Origin: Elusimicrobiota bacterium
GTDB taxonomy: Bacteria > Elusimicrobiota > Elusimicrobia > UBA1565 > JACRDR01
NCBI GenBank assembly: GCA_041694815.1
Contig: JBGFSC010000028.1
Location: forward strand, 1-63,678
Direction of reading: 5' to 3'
Length of the DNA stretch: 63,678 bases
Positions 10,908 through 19,958 of the stretch are shown here, in pieces; position 1 is the stretch's first letter, and each line of letters starts with the position of its first letter. The notes under the pieces are model-generated. The model was not told the DNA's origin. It was given only the letters and a program-made list of their open reading frames with translations, and ran no database searches. The position numbers and the translations under genes are program-made.

Positions 10908-11827
10908 AGCGCCTTATCCGTGCCGCGGTGATTGGCGGTCGCCCACTGGATGTAGCGGTCCGCTCCCTCGTCGAAAGACACGCGGGGCCGCCAGCCTAGG
11001 TGGTCGAAAGCCTTCTGATTGGAGACCGTCTTGGGCTCCAAGTCGCCCGGTCGCCCCTCCACGTACTCGATCCGCGAGCCGGGGAAGGCCGACTGCACCT
11101 TTTCGGCGACCTGGCGGACCGTGACCGATTCCGCACCCTCGAGGTTGTAGATCTGCCCTTTCGCGCGCTCCTGCAAGGCGGCGACGTTGCCCCAGGCCAG
11201 ATCCTCCACGTAGACGAAGCGCCTCCATTGGCTTCCGTCACCCTGGATGGTGATCGGTTGGCCCTTAAGCGCCCGATCGACGAAGGTCGCCAACGCCGTT
11301 CCCATGCGGGCGCGGGGGCCGTAGGGGATGCCGTAGCGGAGAATGGTCACGTCGAGCCCATAGAGCTTCCCGTAAGCGTGGAAGACCATCTCCGCCGCCA
11401 GCTTGGAGGCCGTATAGACATGGCCCACCTTATTGAGCGACAACGGCGTATCCTCGTCGACCGAGCTGCTCTCGGCGAGGCCGTAGACCCAGGTGGTGCT
11501 CGCAAGGATGACGCGCTTGGCTTGCGTGCGGCGCGCGGCCTCCAGGACATGCGTGGCGGCCATCACGTTGGTCTGCATGCTCTCGACGGGGATCTGGTAG
11601 ACGTCGTTGACGTTGGCCACCGCCGCCAGTAAATAGAGGGCGTCGTATTGCCCGGCTAGCGCGAGCGTCGTGCGCCCGATGTCCATGATGTCGGCGACGA
11701 CGTGACGCACGTCGCGCCTATGCGGGGTCATGATATCGAAAACCGTGACGTCATGGCCCGCCTCCACGAGCTTGTCGACGACATGCGAGCCGATGAATCC
11801 CGAACCGCCAATGACGCCTATGCGCAT
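10895..11827 (-). CDS. NAD-dependent epimerase/dehydratase (extended SDR)
   Basis: GGSGFIGS, YTASK (YxxxK), YGP. Confidence 0.9.
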   Translation of the reverse strand: MRIGVIGGSGFIGSHVVDKLVEAGHDVTVFDIMTPHRRDVRHVVADIMDIGRTTLALAGQYDALYLLAAVANVNDVYQIPVESMQTNVMAATHVLEAARRTQAKRVILASTTWVYGLAESSSVDEDTPLSLNKVGHVYTASKLAAEMVFHAYGKLYGLDVTILRYGIPYGPRARMGTALATFVDRALKGQPITIQGDGSQWRRFVYVEDLAWGNVAALQERAKGQIYNLEGAESVTVRQVAEKVQSAFPGSRIEYVEGRPGDLEPKTVSNQKAFDHLGWRPRVSFDEGADRYIQWATANHRGTDKALQAA

Positions 11828-12960
11828 GAGACCGTCCTCCTTTCCTTAAGAACCGTTGAGAGGGCCGAAACCACCCTTTCGATCTCCGCCTCGCTCATGC
11901 CGGCGAATACCGGCAGACAGATATGCCGAGCGCAGAACTCCTCGGCCGCGGGAAGCCCCTCGCGGACGTAAGGAGAGAAAACGGGCTGCAGGTGGCAGGG
12001 CGTCTCGTAGACTTCCCCGCTCAAGGAGACACCGAAGCGCTCCTTGAGCTCCTTTTTGAGGGCCGCCCGGTCGATGCCCGGGCCGAGCAGCGCGACGACC
12101 TTGTAAAAGTTACCCCGAGACTCCTCGGGTTCGGAGACGAAACTCAGGCCGGGCGTCCCCTCCAGCCGCCGCCGGTACTCCTCCGCGACCCGGCGCCGCT
12201 GGGCGAGAAACTCCGGCAGGCGCCGGAGCTGCGAGAGCCCCACGGCCGCGTGAAGCTCCGAGAGGCGCCAGTTATAGCCGAGCCGGACGTGGAAATTGGT
12301 GGTGAAGCCTTCCTTGCCCTGGTCGCGGTACTGCAGGGCCTCGCGGTAAATCCTCTCCTCGTCAGTGACGATCATCCCGCCCTCCCCGGAGGTGATGACC
12401 TTCGTCGGGTAGAACGAGAAGGAGGCAGCGGCGCCGAAAAGCCCGGCGTGCCGGCCCGCCAGCGTGCTCCCGTGGGCATGAGCGGCGTCCTCGAAGAAGA
12501 ATAATCCCTTCTCCTTGCAGAATTGCGCGATCTTCGGCGTCTCGGGGCTCACCAAGCCGCCGATGTGAACCAGGACGACCCCCGCCGTCTTTGGGGTGAG
12601 CGCGCGCCGGACGGTTTCCACGGAAATCGCCATAGTCTTGGAGTCCAAATCCGCGAAGCGGGGCACGCCGCCGGCGTGGACGACGGCGGCCGGCGTGGCG
12701 AAGAAAGTGTTCGTGGGCACGATCACCTCTCGGCCCTCCACGCCCAGAATGCGCAGGGGGATCTCGATGGCCGAGGTGCCGCTGTTGACCGCCACGGCGT
12801 AGCGGGCTCCCGTAAAGGCGGCGAAGGCCTCCTCGAAGCGGCGCCCGAGCGTTCCCAGGGTGAGCGAGCCGCTGGCTAAGGCCTCTTCGATCTGCGCGAG
12901 TATCTCCCGGCGGTCCTCCGGTGGGATGACGATCTTGGCCGCGGGGATGGGGGCGCTCAT
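11818..12960 (-). CDS. DegT/DnrJ/EryC1/StrS PLP-dependent sugar aminotransferase
   Basis: AVNSGTSA, EDAAHAHG, SFYPTKVITSGEGG. Confidence 0.92.
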   Translation of the reverse strand: MSAPIPAAKIVIPPEDRREILAQIEEALASGSLTLGTLGRRFEEAFAAFTGARYAVAVNSGTSAIEIPLRILGVEGREVIVPTNTFFATPAAVVHAGGVPRFADLDSKTMAISVETVRRALTPKTAGVVLVHIGGLVSPETPKIAQFCKEKGLFFFEDAAHAHGSTLAGRHAGLFGAAASFSFYPTKVITSGEGGMIVTDEERIYREALQYRDQGKEGFTTNFHVRLGYNWRLSELHAAVGLSQLRRLPEFLAQRRRVAEEYRRRLEGTPGLSFVSEPEESRGNFYKVVALLGPGIDRAALKKELKERFGVSLSGEVYETPCHLQPVFSPYVREGLPAAEEFCARHICLPVFAGMSEAEIERVVSALSTVLKERRTVSCA

Positions 12961-13823
12961 CGGGGGGCCGCCGGCTCCTTGCCGGAGGGAAGCACGCGCA
13001 GGATCAGCCGCGCGGCGCTGGGGGCCAGGCGGGGGCGGAGCAACCGCGCGTCGTAGGGGGCCAGCCGTCGCTCGTTTTCCGACAGGCACAGGGACACGAA
13101 TTCGCGCGCTGAAATCTCGCCGAAGCTCTCCTTGGCGTCCATCATGAAATTATCGTCGACCTCCCCCGGGCCTCCCATCGACAGGGCCATACGCACCCGG
13201 GCGATAAGCTGCAGGGAGGCGGCCAAGCCGCTCTCGAAAGCGTGCGCGGGCCGGGCCCAGACTGGGGTGCGCTGCCTCCGGTAGGCGGCCCAGTTGGCGA
13301 AAAAGAGGATATGCCGCGCTTCCTCCTGCATCACCGGCTCGAAAATCTCTACGAGGCTGGGGGGGAAAAAGCCGGAGCGGCGGGCGAGATCGAAAAGGCC
13401 GAAAGCGAAAAAGGAATCGAAGCATTCGGCGAAGCCTACCCCCAAAAATCCCCATTCGGGATCCTCGGGCATGCGCGGGTCCGGCCGGCGTTGCACCGGC
13501 AGTCCGTAATGGGCGGTGAGACGCTCGAGGATGCGGAAATGGCGCTCTTCCTCGTAGCCCTGCAGGGCGATGGCCTCGGCCATCAAAGGGTCCTTCTCCG
13601 ATTTCCCGAGGGACTGCACCTTGAGCCCGGTCTCACGCTCGGTGTTGACCGCCTCGCTCCAAAAAGGAAGACTCTTGAGCCTACCGAGGGCCGCCGCGTC
13701 GAGCTCGGGCCAGCGGATGGAGTCGGGGTCGAAAGGGTCGTGCGTGTCCAAAAACGAACGGCAGAACAACTCCTTATGCTCGGGGCTTCCCAAGCGCACG
13801 GGGGGCGTCAAGCAAACTGTCAT
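12957..13823 (-). CDS. Ferritin-like (di-iron) domain protein
   Basis: Two ExxH motifs (YEEERH, QEEARH) in a helical protein. Confidence 0.75.
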   Translation of the reverse strand: MTVCLTPPVRLGSPEHKELFCRSFLDTHDPFDPDSIRWPELDAAALGRLKSLPFWSEAVNTERETGLKVQSLGKSEKDPLMAEAIALQGYEEERHFRILERLTAHYGLPVQRRPDPRMPEDPEWGFLGVGFAECFDSFFAFGLFDLARRSGFFPPSLVEIFEPVMQEEARHILFFANWAAYRRQRTPVWARPAHAFESGLAASLQLIARVRMALSMGGPGEVDDNFMMDAKESFGEISAREFVSLCLSENERRLAPYDARLLRPRLAPSAARLILRVLPSGKEPAAPR

Positions 13824-13867
13824 AGTTTAGTCGCACATTTTAGCATACTTTTTACTACCCTAGACCT

Positions 13868-14602
13868 ATGAGGCGCGCCTGGGCCGCATGGGCCATCATT
13901 TGCGCCACGTCTGCGCCCGTGAAAGCCGAACTGTTCCTCGAGGCGTTCGGCGGGCGCGGGATCAACCTCGATTCCGACCTGCGATTGTTCCAGCCGGGGT
14001 CGGGCACCGACCTGCGCTATCGCTCGGTCGAATGGGAGGACCGTTCCTTCGATCCCTCGCCGTACTACGGCTACCGCGTCGGCTATTTCCTCGAGTCCCT
14101 GCCTTGGCTGGGCGCCCGAGTGCAATTCATGCACCATAAGGCCCTCGCGCGCACCTCCCGCAGCTACCACGCCTCCGGAACGCTCGACGGCGTCCCCATC
14201 GACACGGAGCGGCCGCTCCGCGAGACGGTGCAATGGTTCGAGGTCACCCACGGGCTCAACCTGGTGACCGTCGCCGCCATGGCCCGCTGGTGCGTGGCCA
14301 AGGACGAGCGTCACCCGCGGGGGCGCACTCAATTCTACGGAGGCTTCGGCATGGGGCCGGTGATCACCCACGCCGAGAGCACCGTGCGGGGAAAAAATCA
14401 TGAGACTGGATACACACTGCAGGATTCCCCGGCCCTGGAGGGCTTCATCGGCATGCGCGCGTTCCTAACGCCCCGCTGGCTGGCCCTGCTCGAATACAAG
14501 GCGACGCATGCCCGCGTCCGGGCCGAAGTGGCCGACGCCCGCGTCGACGCGAGCTTCAACTCCCACCACCTCACCTTCGGCGTCGGCTTTTCCTTCCGCT
14601 AA
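13868..14602 (+). CDS. Outer-membrane beta-barrel protein, LpxQ (lipid A oxidase)-like
   Basis: Signal peptide, WEDRSFDPSPYYGYR, HHKA, THGLNL motifs, terminal GVGFSF beta-signal. Confidence 0.65.
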   Translation: MRRAWAAWAIICATSAPVKAELFLEAFGGRGINLDSDLRLFQPGSGTDLRYRSVEWEDRSFDPSPYYGYRVGYFLESLPWLGARVQFMHHKALARTSRSYHASGTLDGVPIDTERPLRETVQWFEVTHGLNLVTVAAMARWCVAKDERHPRGRTQFYGGFGMGPVITHAESTVRGKNHETGYTLQDSPALEGFIGMRAFLTPRWLALLEYKATHARVRAEVADARVDASFNSHHLTFGVGFSFR

Positions 14603-14620
14603 TCGCAAGGACTCGACTAA

Positions 14621-14739
14621 GGTGCCAGGCATCCACTTTCTTTACTTTCTTTACTTTCTTTACTTTCTCCACTTTCTTGACATCCGCATCGATCGTCGAC
14701 AGAAAGTGGAGAAAGTAAAGAAAGTGGATGCCTGGCACC
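14621..14739. repeat. Palindromic intergenic repeat, copy 1 (GGTGCCAGGCATCC ends, 9-bp ACTTTCTNN arms)
   Basis: Perfect terminal inverted repeat; 5 left and 3 right 9-mers. Confidence 0.95.
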
Positions 14740-14753
14740 ATTAAAATTACCCC

Positions 14754-14782
14754 TTGACAAAAACGGGTCAGTCCATTACACT
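14754..14782 (+). promoter_or_regulatory. Sigma70 promoter of the dcw operon
   Basis: TTGACA (14754-14759), 17 bp spacer, TACACT (14777-14782). Confidence 0.85.
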
Positions 14783-14791
14783 CAGCGCACG

Positions 14792-14830
14792 GTGGTGGAA
14801 TGTGGTGATAAGTGGTTTAAAGTGGTGGAA
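14792..14830 (+). promoter_or_regulatory. MraZ binding array (dcw box)
   Basis: GTGGT at 14792, 14802, 14812 and 14822 (10-bp period) between the promoter and mraZ. Confidence 0.85.
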
Positions 14831-14850
14831 AGGCCCGGACCCCATGGACC

Positions 14851-15294
14851 ATGCCTTCATTGATCGGACGCTTCGAACACAGCCTCGACCCGAAGAACCG
14901 CGTCTTCGTACCGGCCCGCTACCGGGAGCAATTGGCGGCGGAGAACGGTCGTGGCTTCATGCTTTCCCTGGGCCTCGACAATTGCCTCTACCTTTTCCTC
15001 CCGTCGCAATGGGACCAGTACGTCGAGAGCCTCCGGAGTTACCGATTCAAGAACGCGGGCCAGAAGCGCGCGATCATGCGGCAGCTCTTCTCGACCGCGG
15101 TCGAGGCCCCCTTGGACGAGCAAGGCCGGATATTGATCCCTACTTCCTTAAAGGAAGCGGCGGGGCTGAGAAAAGACGTCACGGTGCTCGGGGCCGGCGC
15201 TCGCGCGGAGCTCTGGGACACGAGGGCCTTGGCCAAGGCGGAATCCTCCGTCGACAAGACCTACCGCAAGATCGCGGTGAGCCTGGATCTATGA
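14851..15294 (+). CDS. mraZ: Transcriptional regulator MraZ
   Basis: Two SpoVT-AbrB repeats LDPKNRVFVP and LDEQGRILIP; precedes rsmH. Confidence 0.95.
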   Translation: MPSLIGRFEHSLDPKNRVFVPARYREQLAAENGRGFMLSLGLDNCLYLFLPSQWDQYVESLRSYRFKNAGQKRAIMRQLFSTAVEAPLDEQGRILIPTSLKEAAGLRKDVTVLGAGARAELWDTRALAKAESSVDKTYRKIAVSLDL

Positions 15295-16193
15295 GCCTGC
15301 TCATGGCACCCGAGCCCTTCGTCCACCGACCGGTGCTCCTGGAGGAGACGCTGGGTAGGCTCGTGCTCGACCCCACCGGACTCTACCTCGACGCGACCGT
15401 CGGCCTGGGCGGGCACGCCGAGGGGATACTCGGGCGCCTGCGGGAGCAGGGCCGCCTGCTGGGACTCGACATGGACCCGGAGGCTTTGGAATCCTCCGAG
15501 CGGCGCCTAACCCCCTACCGCGGCCGCTACAAGCTGCTGCATGAGAATTTCCGGAACCTGGGGCAGATCATCGAGCGCGAGAAATTTTTCCCCTTGACTG
15601 GGGCCCTCTTCGACCTCGGGGTTTCCTCGCTTCAGCTCGACAAGCCCTCGCGCGGGTTCAGCCTCAAGGAGGAAGGGCCGCTCGACATGCGGATGGACCC
15701 CGACAATCCGCTGACGGCCGGCCGCATCGTCAATGAATGGCCGGCCGAGCAGCTCGCCCTGCTCTTCAAGGAGTTCGGCGAGGAGAGGGAGGCCGCCAAG
15801 ATCGCCCGCTGGATCGTCGAGCGGCGCCAAGAGACTCCCTTCGACAGTACCGCCGAGCTCGCCGATCTCATCGAGTCGAGGATGCCACGGCGGGGCCGCG
15901 TGCATCCGGCCACCCGGGTCTTCATGGCGCTACGCATCGCCGTCAACCGCGAGATGGAAAACCTCACCCGGGGGCTCGAGAGCCTGCTGCCCTACCTGCA
16001 GCAGGGGGGGCGGATCGCGGTGATCAGCTTTCATTCGCTGGAGGACCGGATCGTCAAACACGTGTTTCACTCCTTCGTGGCGCACGGCCAGTGCCGTCCG
16101 GTCACTCCCTCGCCGGTGCGCGCATCGGCGAGGGAGCTGGAGATGAACCCGAGGTCTCGCAGCGCAAAACTGCGTGTGGTGGAGAAATTATGA
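15291..16193 (+). CDS. rsmH: 16S rRNA m4C1402 methyltransferase RsmH (MraW)
   Basis: HRPVLLEE, DATVGLGGH, DLGVSSLQLD, ISFHSLEDRIVK, NPRSRSAKLR. Confidence 0.97.
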   Translation: MSLLMAPEPFVHRPVLLEETLGRLVLDPTGLYLDATVGLGGHAEGILGRLREQGRLLGLDMDPEALESSERRLTPYRGRYKLLHENFRNLGQIIEREKFFPLTGALFDLGVSSLQLDKPSRGFSLKEEGPLDMRMDPDNPLTAGRIVNEWPAEQLALLFKEFGEEREAAKIARWIVERRQETPFDSTAELADLIESRMPRRGRVHPATRVFMALRIAVNREMENLTRGLESLLPYLQQGGRIAVISFHSLEDRIVKHVFHSFVAHGQCRPVTPSPVRASARELEMNPRSRSAKLRVVEKL

Positions 16194-16369
16194 AAAATCA
16201 CGGAACCAACGGCTCGGTGTCGGGACTGGCGGCAATGGCGATGGTAGACACCTCTGTGAGCTTTCTCCTATCGCGGCAGCAGGTGATCAGCTTGATGCCC
16301 ATCTGCCCGTCCCCGAATCCGGGCTACGTCTGGAAGCGGATATTCCTGAAAGGCAGGCCCCATAAGTGA
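16190..16369 (+). CDS. Putative 59-aa small ORF between rsmH and ftsL
   Basis: GGAG SD 5 nt upstream, ATGA overlap with the rsmH stop; no recognisable family. Confidence 0.45.
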   Translation: MKNHGTNGSVSGLAAMAMVDTSVSFLLSRQQVISLMPICPSPNPGYVWKRIFLKGRPHK

Positions 16370-16377
16370 CACGATCT

Positions 16378-16447
16378 GGCGGACACCTACTCGGCGGGGT
16401 GTCCGCCGAAATTCCGGAGGGGCCCTCGGGCCCCTCCCCATTTTCTT
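16378..16447 (+). terminator. Tandem GC-rich hairpins; the second is followed by a T-rich run (probable intrinsic terminator)
   Basis: GGCGGACACC/GGTGTCCGCC (16378-16407) and GGAGGGGCC-CTCG-GGCCCCTCC (16416-16437) then CCATTTTCTT. Confidence 0.65.
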
Positions 16448-16461
16448 AAACTTTAAATACA

Positions 16462-16779
16462 ATGAAACCCGTGAGATTGGCGGTTTGGATCGGCGCCTCG
16501 ATCTTCTTCTGCGCCTGGCAAAGGATCCAGGCCACGCGCCTCAGCTTTGAGCTGGAGCAGCGGCGGCGGGCGGTCCTCGAGGCCAAAAGCCGCAACAGCT
16601 ACCTCCGCTTGGAACTGCAGAACCTCCATTCCCCCGAGTCCCTCGCCGCTTCCGCGCGCCAACACTTGGGGATGCTCCCCCCGACGGCGGATTCCCTCAT
16701 CGTCCTGGGGGAAAACCATCCCCGCAAGAATACCGGCCCGACGCTCTTAAGCTGGCTAGCCCCGTCCCTTCGCCCCTGA
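16462..16779 (+). CDS. ftsL: Cell division protein FtsL
   Basis: TM plus coiled coil, ARQHLGMLPP motif, position between rsmH and ftsI. Confidence 0.85.
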   Translation: MKPVRLAVWIGASIFFCAWQRIQATRLSFELEQRRRAVLEAKSRNSYLRLELQNLHSPESLAASARQHLGMLPPTADSLIVLGENHPRKNTGPTLLSWLAPSLRP

Positions 16780-18449
16780 TGTTGAAGACGCGCCTGCATC
16801 TCTGCGCGGCCCTGTCCCTATTCTGCACCGTGCCCTTGGGCGCCCGCCTCACCCAGCTCCAGGTGCTTCAACATCGCGCGCTCTCGGCCATCGCCGAAAG
16901 CCGGGTCGAGCGTCAAACCGTGGAGCTCATCCCTCGGGGAAGGATACTCGACCGCAATGGCGAAGTCTTGGCCGAGTCACTGCCATCCTGGTCCGCCTTC
17001 CTGGACCCTTCCGCGCTCAAGCATCCCGAACGCGAGGCGCCGCGCCTGGCTGCGGCCTTGGGCCTCGACCGGAGGACAGTCGCGCTCAAAGCCAAGAGGG
17101 CCTCACGATTCGTATGGTTGAAGCAGAAATTGACCCCAGAGGAGGTGGCGCGCCTGCGCGCGCTCAAGATGGAGGGGGTCGGCCTGCTTGCCGACGAGAG
17201 GCGCTACAACCCCAACGGGGAACTGGCCCTCAATCTTTTGGGCGGCGTGGGCGCCGACGGCCGGGGGCTGGCCGGGCTGGAATTGTCCTTTGACTCCAAG
17301 CTCCGCGGCAAGGCGCAGACGATAGACCTCGTGCGCGACGGCCTGGGCAAGACCATGACCGATTCCATGCCCCGGCGCAGCGACCCGCCTGCGGACCTCG
17401 TGCTCAGCCTCGACCGCAGCGTGCAGCATTATGCCGAGGCGGCCCTTAAGACCGCCGTGGAACGCTACCGTCCCGCCTGGGCCTCCATCCTGGTGCAGGA
17501 CCCGCGCAGCGGCGACATCCTGGCGATGGCCTCTCATCCGCGCGACCCCCTCCGTAACCCGGCGATAGAGCAGGCTTTCGAGCCCGGCTCCACGTTCAAG
17601 GCGGTTTCGATGGCAGCGGTGCTCGAGGAAGGGGTCGCGGCTTTCGACGAGAAGATCGATTGCTCCGGGCCTTGGGAGGTGGTTCCCCGTGTGTTCATCC
17701 GCGACCATGAGCCCAGCGGACCATTGAGCCTCGAGGAGATCATGAGCCGCTCCTCGAACATCGGAATCGCTAAGCTCGCCCTGCGCCTCGGGGCCGATAG
17801 ATTCCACCGCGCCGTCCGCGCCTTTGGCTTCGGGACCAAGACGGCGCTCGGGCTTCCGGGGGAAAGCGGCGGCCTGCTCCAATCGCCCGCCTCTAAGGGG
17901 CGCTTGGCCTTGGCCAACAACGCCTTCGGCCAGGGCCTCGCGGTGACGCCCCTCCAACTGCTGGGGGCGTATTCCGCCCTGGCCAACGGCGGAAGCTTGT
18001 TGGAGCCCCGCCTGGTCTTGTCGTCGGAGGGAGGCAGGCGCCCGGCCGAGGAGACCACGGGCGTCCCGGTGCGCCGCGTCGCGTCGGAAGACACGGTCCG
18101 GCGCATCGTGCGCATGCTGGAGGCGGTCGTCGAACGGGGTACTGGCATCAGCGCCCAAATCCCGGGGTATTCGGTCGCGGGAAAGACGGGCACCTCTCAA
18201 AAATTGGATCCGGAACGCCGGCGCTATTCCACCGTCCACTACGTCGCCTCCTTCGCCGGCTTCATTCCCGCCAAGCAGCCGCGCCTGACGATCGTAGTCG
18301 TCATCGACAGCCCGAAGGGACAATATTACGGCGCCGAAGTCGCCGCCCCGGTCTTCGCCACGCTGGGACGCCAGCTGCTGGCCCTCAAGGGCATCCCCCC
18401 GGAACGACCCCTGGCTGTCCGCTGGTCGTCAGCTCCTAAACGTTTGTGA
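16779..18449 (+). CDS. ftsI: Class B penicillin-binding protein FtsI (PBP3)
   Basis: RGRILDRNG, EPGSTFK, SSN, KTGT. Confidence 0.93.
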   Translation: MLKTRLHLCAALSLFCTVPLGARLTQLQVLQHRALSAIAESRVERQTVELIPRGRILDRNGEVLAESLPSWSAFLDPSALKHPEREAPRLAAALGLDRRTVALKAKRASRFVWLKQKLTPEEVARLRALKMEGVGLLADERRYNPNGELALNLLGGVGADGRGLAGLELSFDSKLRGKAQTIDLVRDGLGKTMTDSMPRRSDPPADLVLSLDRSVQHYAEAALKTAVERYRPAWASILVQDPRSGDILAMASHPRDPLRNPAIEQAFEPGSTFKAVSMAAVLEEGVAAFDEKIDCSGPWEVVPRVFIRDHEPSGPLSLEEIMSRSSNIGIAKLALRLGADRFHRAVRAFGFGTKTALGLPGESGGLLQSPASKGRLALANNAFGQGLAVTPLQLLGAYSALANGGSLLEPRLVLSSEGGRRPAEETTGVPVRRVASEDTVRRIVRMLEAVVERGTGISAQIPGYSVAGKTGTSQKLDPERRRYSTVHYVASFAGFIPAKQPRLTIVVVIDSPKGQYYGAEVAAPVFATLGRQLLALKGIPPERPLAVRWSSAPKRL

Positions 18450-18453
18450 AACA

Positions 18454-19956
18454 ATGCTGCTGTCGGAGTTGATCGCTCGAGTCCGCCCCCTCCGGGTCGC
18501 CGGGCCTAGGGACGCCGATATCCTGAGCCTTTCCATCGATTCGCGCCGCCCCTCTCCGCGGGGGCTCTTCGTCGCCCTGGCGGGATCGAGGACCGACGGC
18601 AATCGTTTCGTCCGGGAGGCGGTGGAGCGGGGAGCCGTGGCCGTCATCAGCGAGCAGGCTCCTCCCCCGGCCTCATCCTCGCTTCCCGGCACGGGGGCCC
18701 CCGTCGCCTGGATCCAAGTCGCCGACGCGGCCGAGGCCCTCGCGGCCGTCTCAGCGGAATTCTACGGGCACCCCTCGCGCTCCATGACCGTCGTAGGCGT
18801 CACGGGAACCAACGGCAAGACGACGACCTCCTATTTTCTCGAATCGATCTTCCTCAATGCCGGCCGTCCCGTCGGGCTGATCGGGACCGTTAATTACCGC
18901 GCAATGGGACGCCTCCTCGAGAAAGCCAGCCATACCACCCCTCCCGCCTGCGAGCTGCAGCGGCTGCTCAAGCAGATGGGGGACTCAGGCTGTAGCCACG
19001 CCGTGATGGAAGTCTCCTCCCACGCCCTGGCGCTCAAAAGGGTCGATGGAGTGGATTTCGACGCCGCCGTGTTTACGAACCTGCATCGGGATCATCTCGA
19101 TTACCATCGGACGCGCGAAGCCTACTTCGAGGCGAAGGCCCGGCTCTTCGAGCTGCTCGAACGCCCCTCCGCGAAGAAGCGCCGTTTCTCCGTCTTGAAC
19201 GCGGACGATCCGGCGTTCGCCGCGCTCAAACGCCGCGCCCCCAACGCGGAGCTAGTCAGCTATGGCCTGGGGGAGAAGGCCCAATTCCGCGCGGAGAATC
19301 TCATCGCCTCTATGTCGGGCACCCATTTCCGACTCCGCTTCAAGGGCCGGGCCTTGGCGGTACAGTTGGCGCTCATCGGCGAATACAACGTCTATAACGC
19401 CCTCGCCGCCGCCGCCGCCGCCCAGGCCCTGGGGATCGACGAGCACTCGATCGCCCACGGCCTTGAGGCCTTGAAGGCGGTACCGGGCCGCCTGGAGCCC
19501 GTGCCCTCCGCCAAGGATTTCAAGGTCTTCGTCGACTACGCCCATACCGACAGCGCCCTGGAGCTGGTGTTGTCGACGCTCCAAAAGCTCCCCCACGGGC
19601 GCCTGCTGACCGTCTTCGGCTGCGGAGGAGATCGAGACAAGGGCAAGCGAGCCCCTATGGGTAAGGCGGCGGCCTCCCTTTCCGACCTGGTCCTGGTGAC
19701 CAGCGACAATCCCAGGAGCGAGGACCCTTTGCAGATCCTCCGGGACATCGAAGAGGGGATCAAGACAACGGGCCGGCAAAATTATAAGATGATTCCGGAC
19801 CGCAAAGAGGCCATCCGGACGGCGCTGCGGCAAGCGCGCTCGGGCGACGTCGTCTTGATTGCCGGCAAGGGCCACGAGGAAGTCCAAATCCTAGGCGACC
19901 GCTCGCTGCATTTCGACGACAGGGAAGTCGTCCGCGAATTTTTATCGACCCCCTAA
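18454..19956 (+). CDS. murE: UDP-MurNAc-tripeptide synthetase MurE (mDAP type)
   Basis: GVTGTNGKTT, MEVSSH, DYAHT, DNPR. Confidence 0.96.
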   Translation: MLLSELIARVRPLRVAGPRDADILSLSIDSRRPSPRGLFVALAGSRTDGNRFVREAVERGAVAVISEQAPPPASSSLPGTGAPVAWIQVADAAEALAAVSAEFYGHPSRSMTVVGVTGTNGKTTTSYFLESIFLNAGRPVGLIGTVNYRAMGRLLEKASHTTPPACELQRLLKQMGDSGCSHAVMEVSSHALALKRVDGVDFDAAVFTNLHRDHLDYHRTREAYFEAKARLFELLERPSAKKRRFSVLNADDPAFAALKRRAPNAELVSYGLGEKAQFRAENLIASMSGTHFRLRFKGRALAVQLALIGEYNVYNALAAAAAAQALGIDEHSIAHGLEALKAVPGRLEPVPSAKDFKVFVDYAHTDSALELVLSTLQKLPHGRLLTVFGCGGDRDKGKRAPMGKAAASLSDLVLVTSDNPRSEDPLQILRDIEEGIKTTGRQNYKMIPDRKEAIRTALRQARSGDVVLIAGKGHEEVQILGDRSLHFDDREVVREFLSTP

Positions 19957-19958
19957 CG

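Noticed and set aside
14621..14739. CRISPR array interpretation of the repeated GGTGCCAGGCATCC sequence
   Set aside because: Copies are inverted pairs dispersed kilobases apart, not direct repeats with spacers, and no cas genes are present.
14508..14744. ORF with FLYFLY / KVEKVKKV repeats
   Set aside because: It is a translation of the 9-bp periodic repeat element; similar peptides appear at other copies with no consistent start.
14754..15290. N-terminal extension of the 479-aa rsmH ORF
   Set aside because: It starts inside the -35 box and overlaps mraZ in another frame; homology begins at ATG 15291.
16056..16070. Possible parS site (AAACACGTGTTTCAC)
   Set aside because: Only a half match to TGTTTCACGTGAAACA, and it lies inside rsmH coding sequence.
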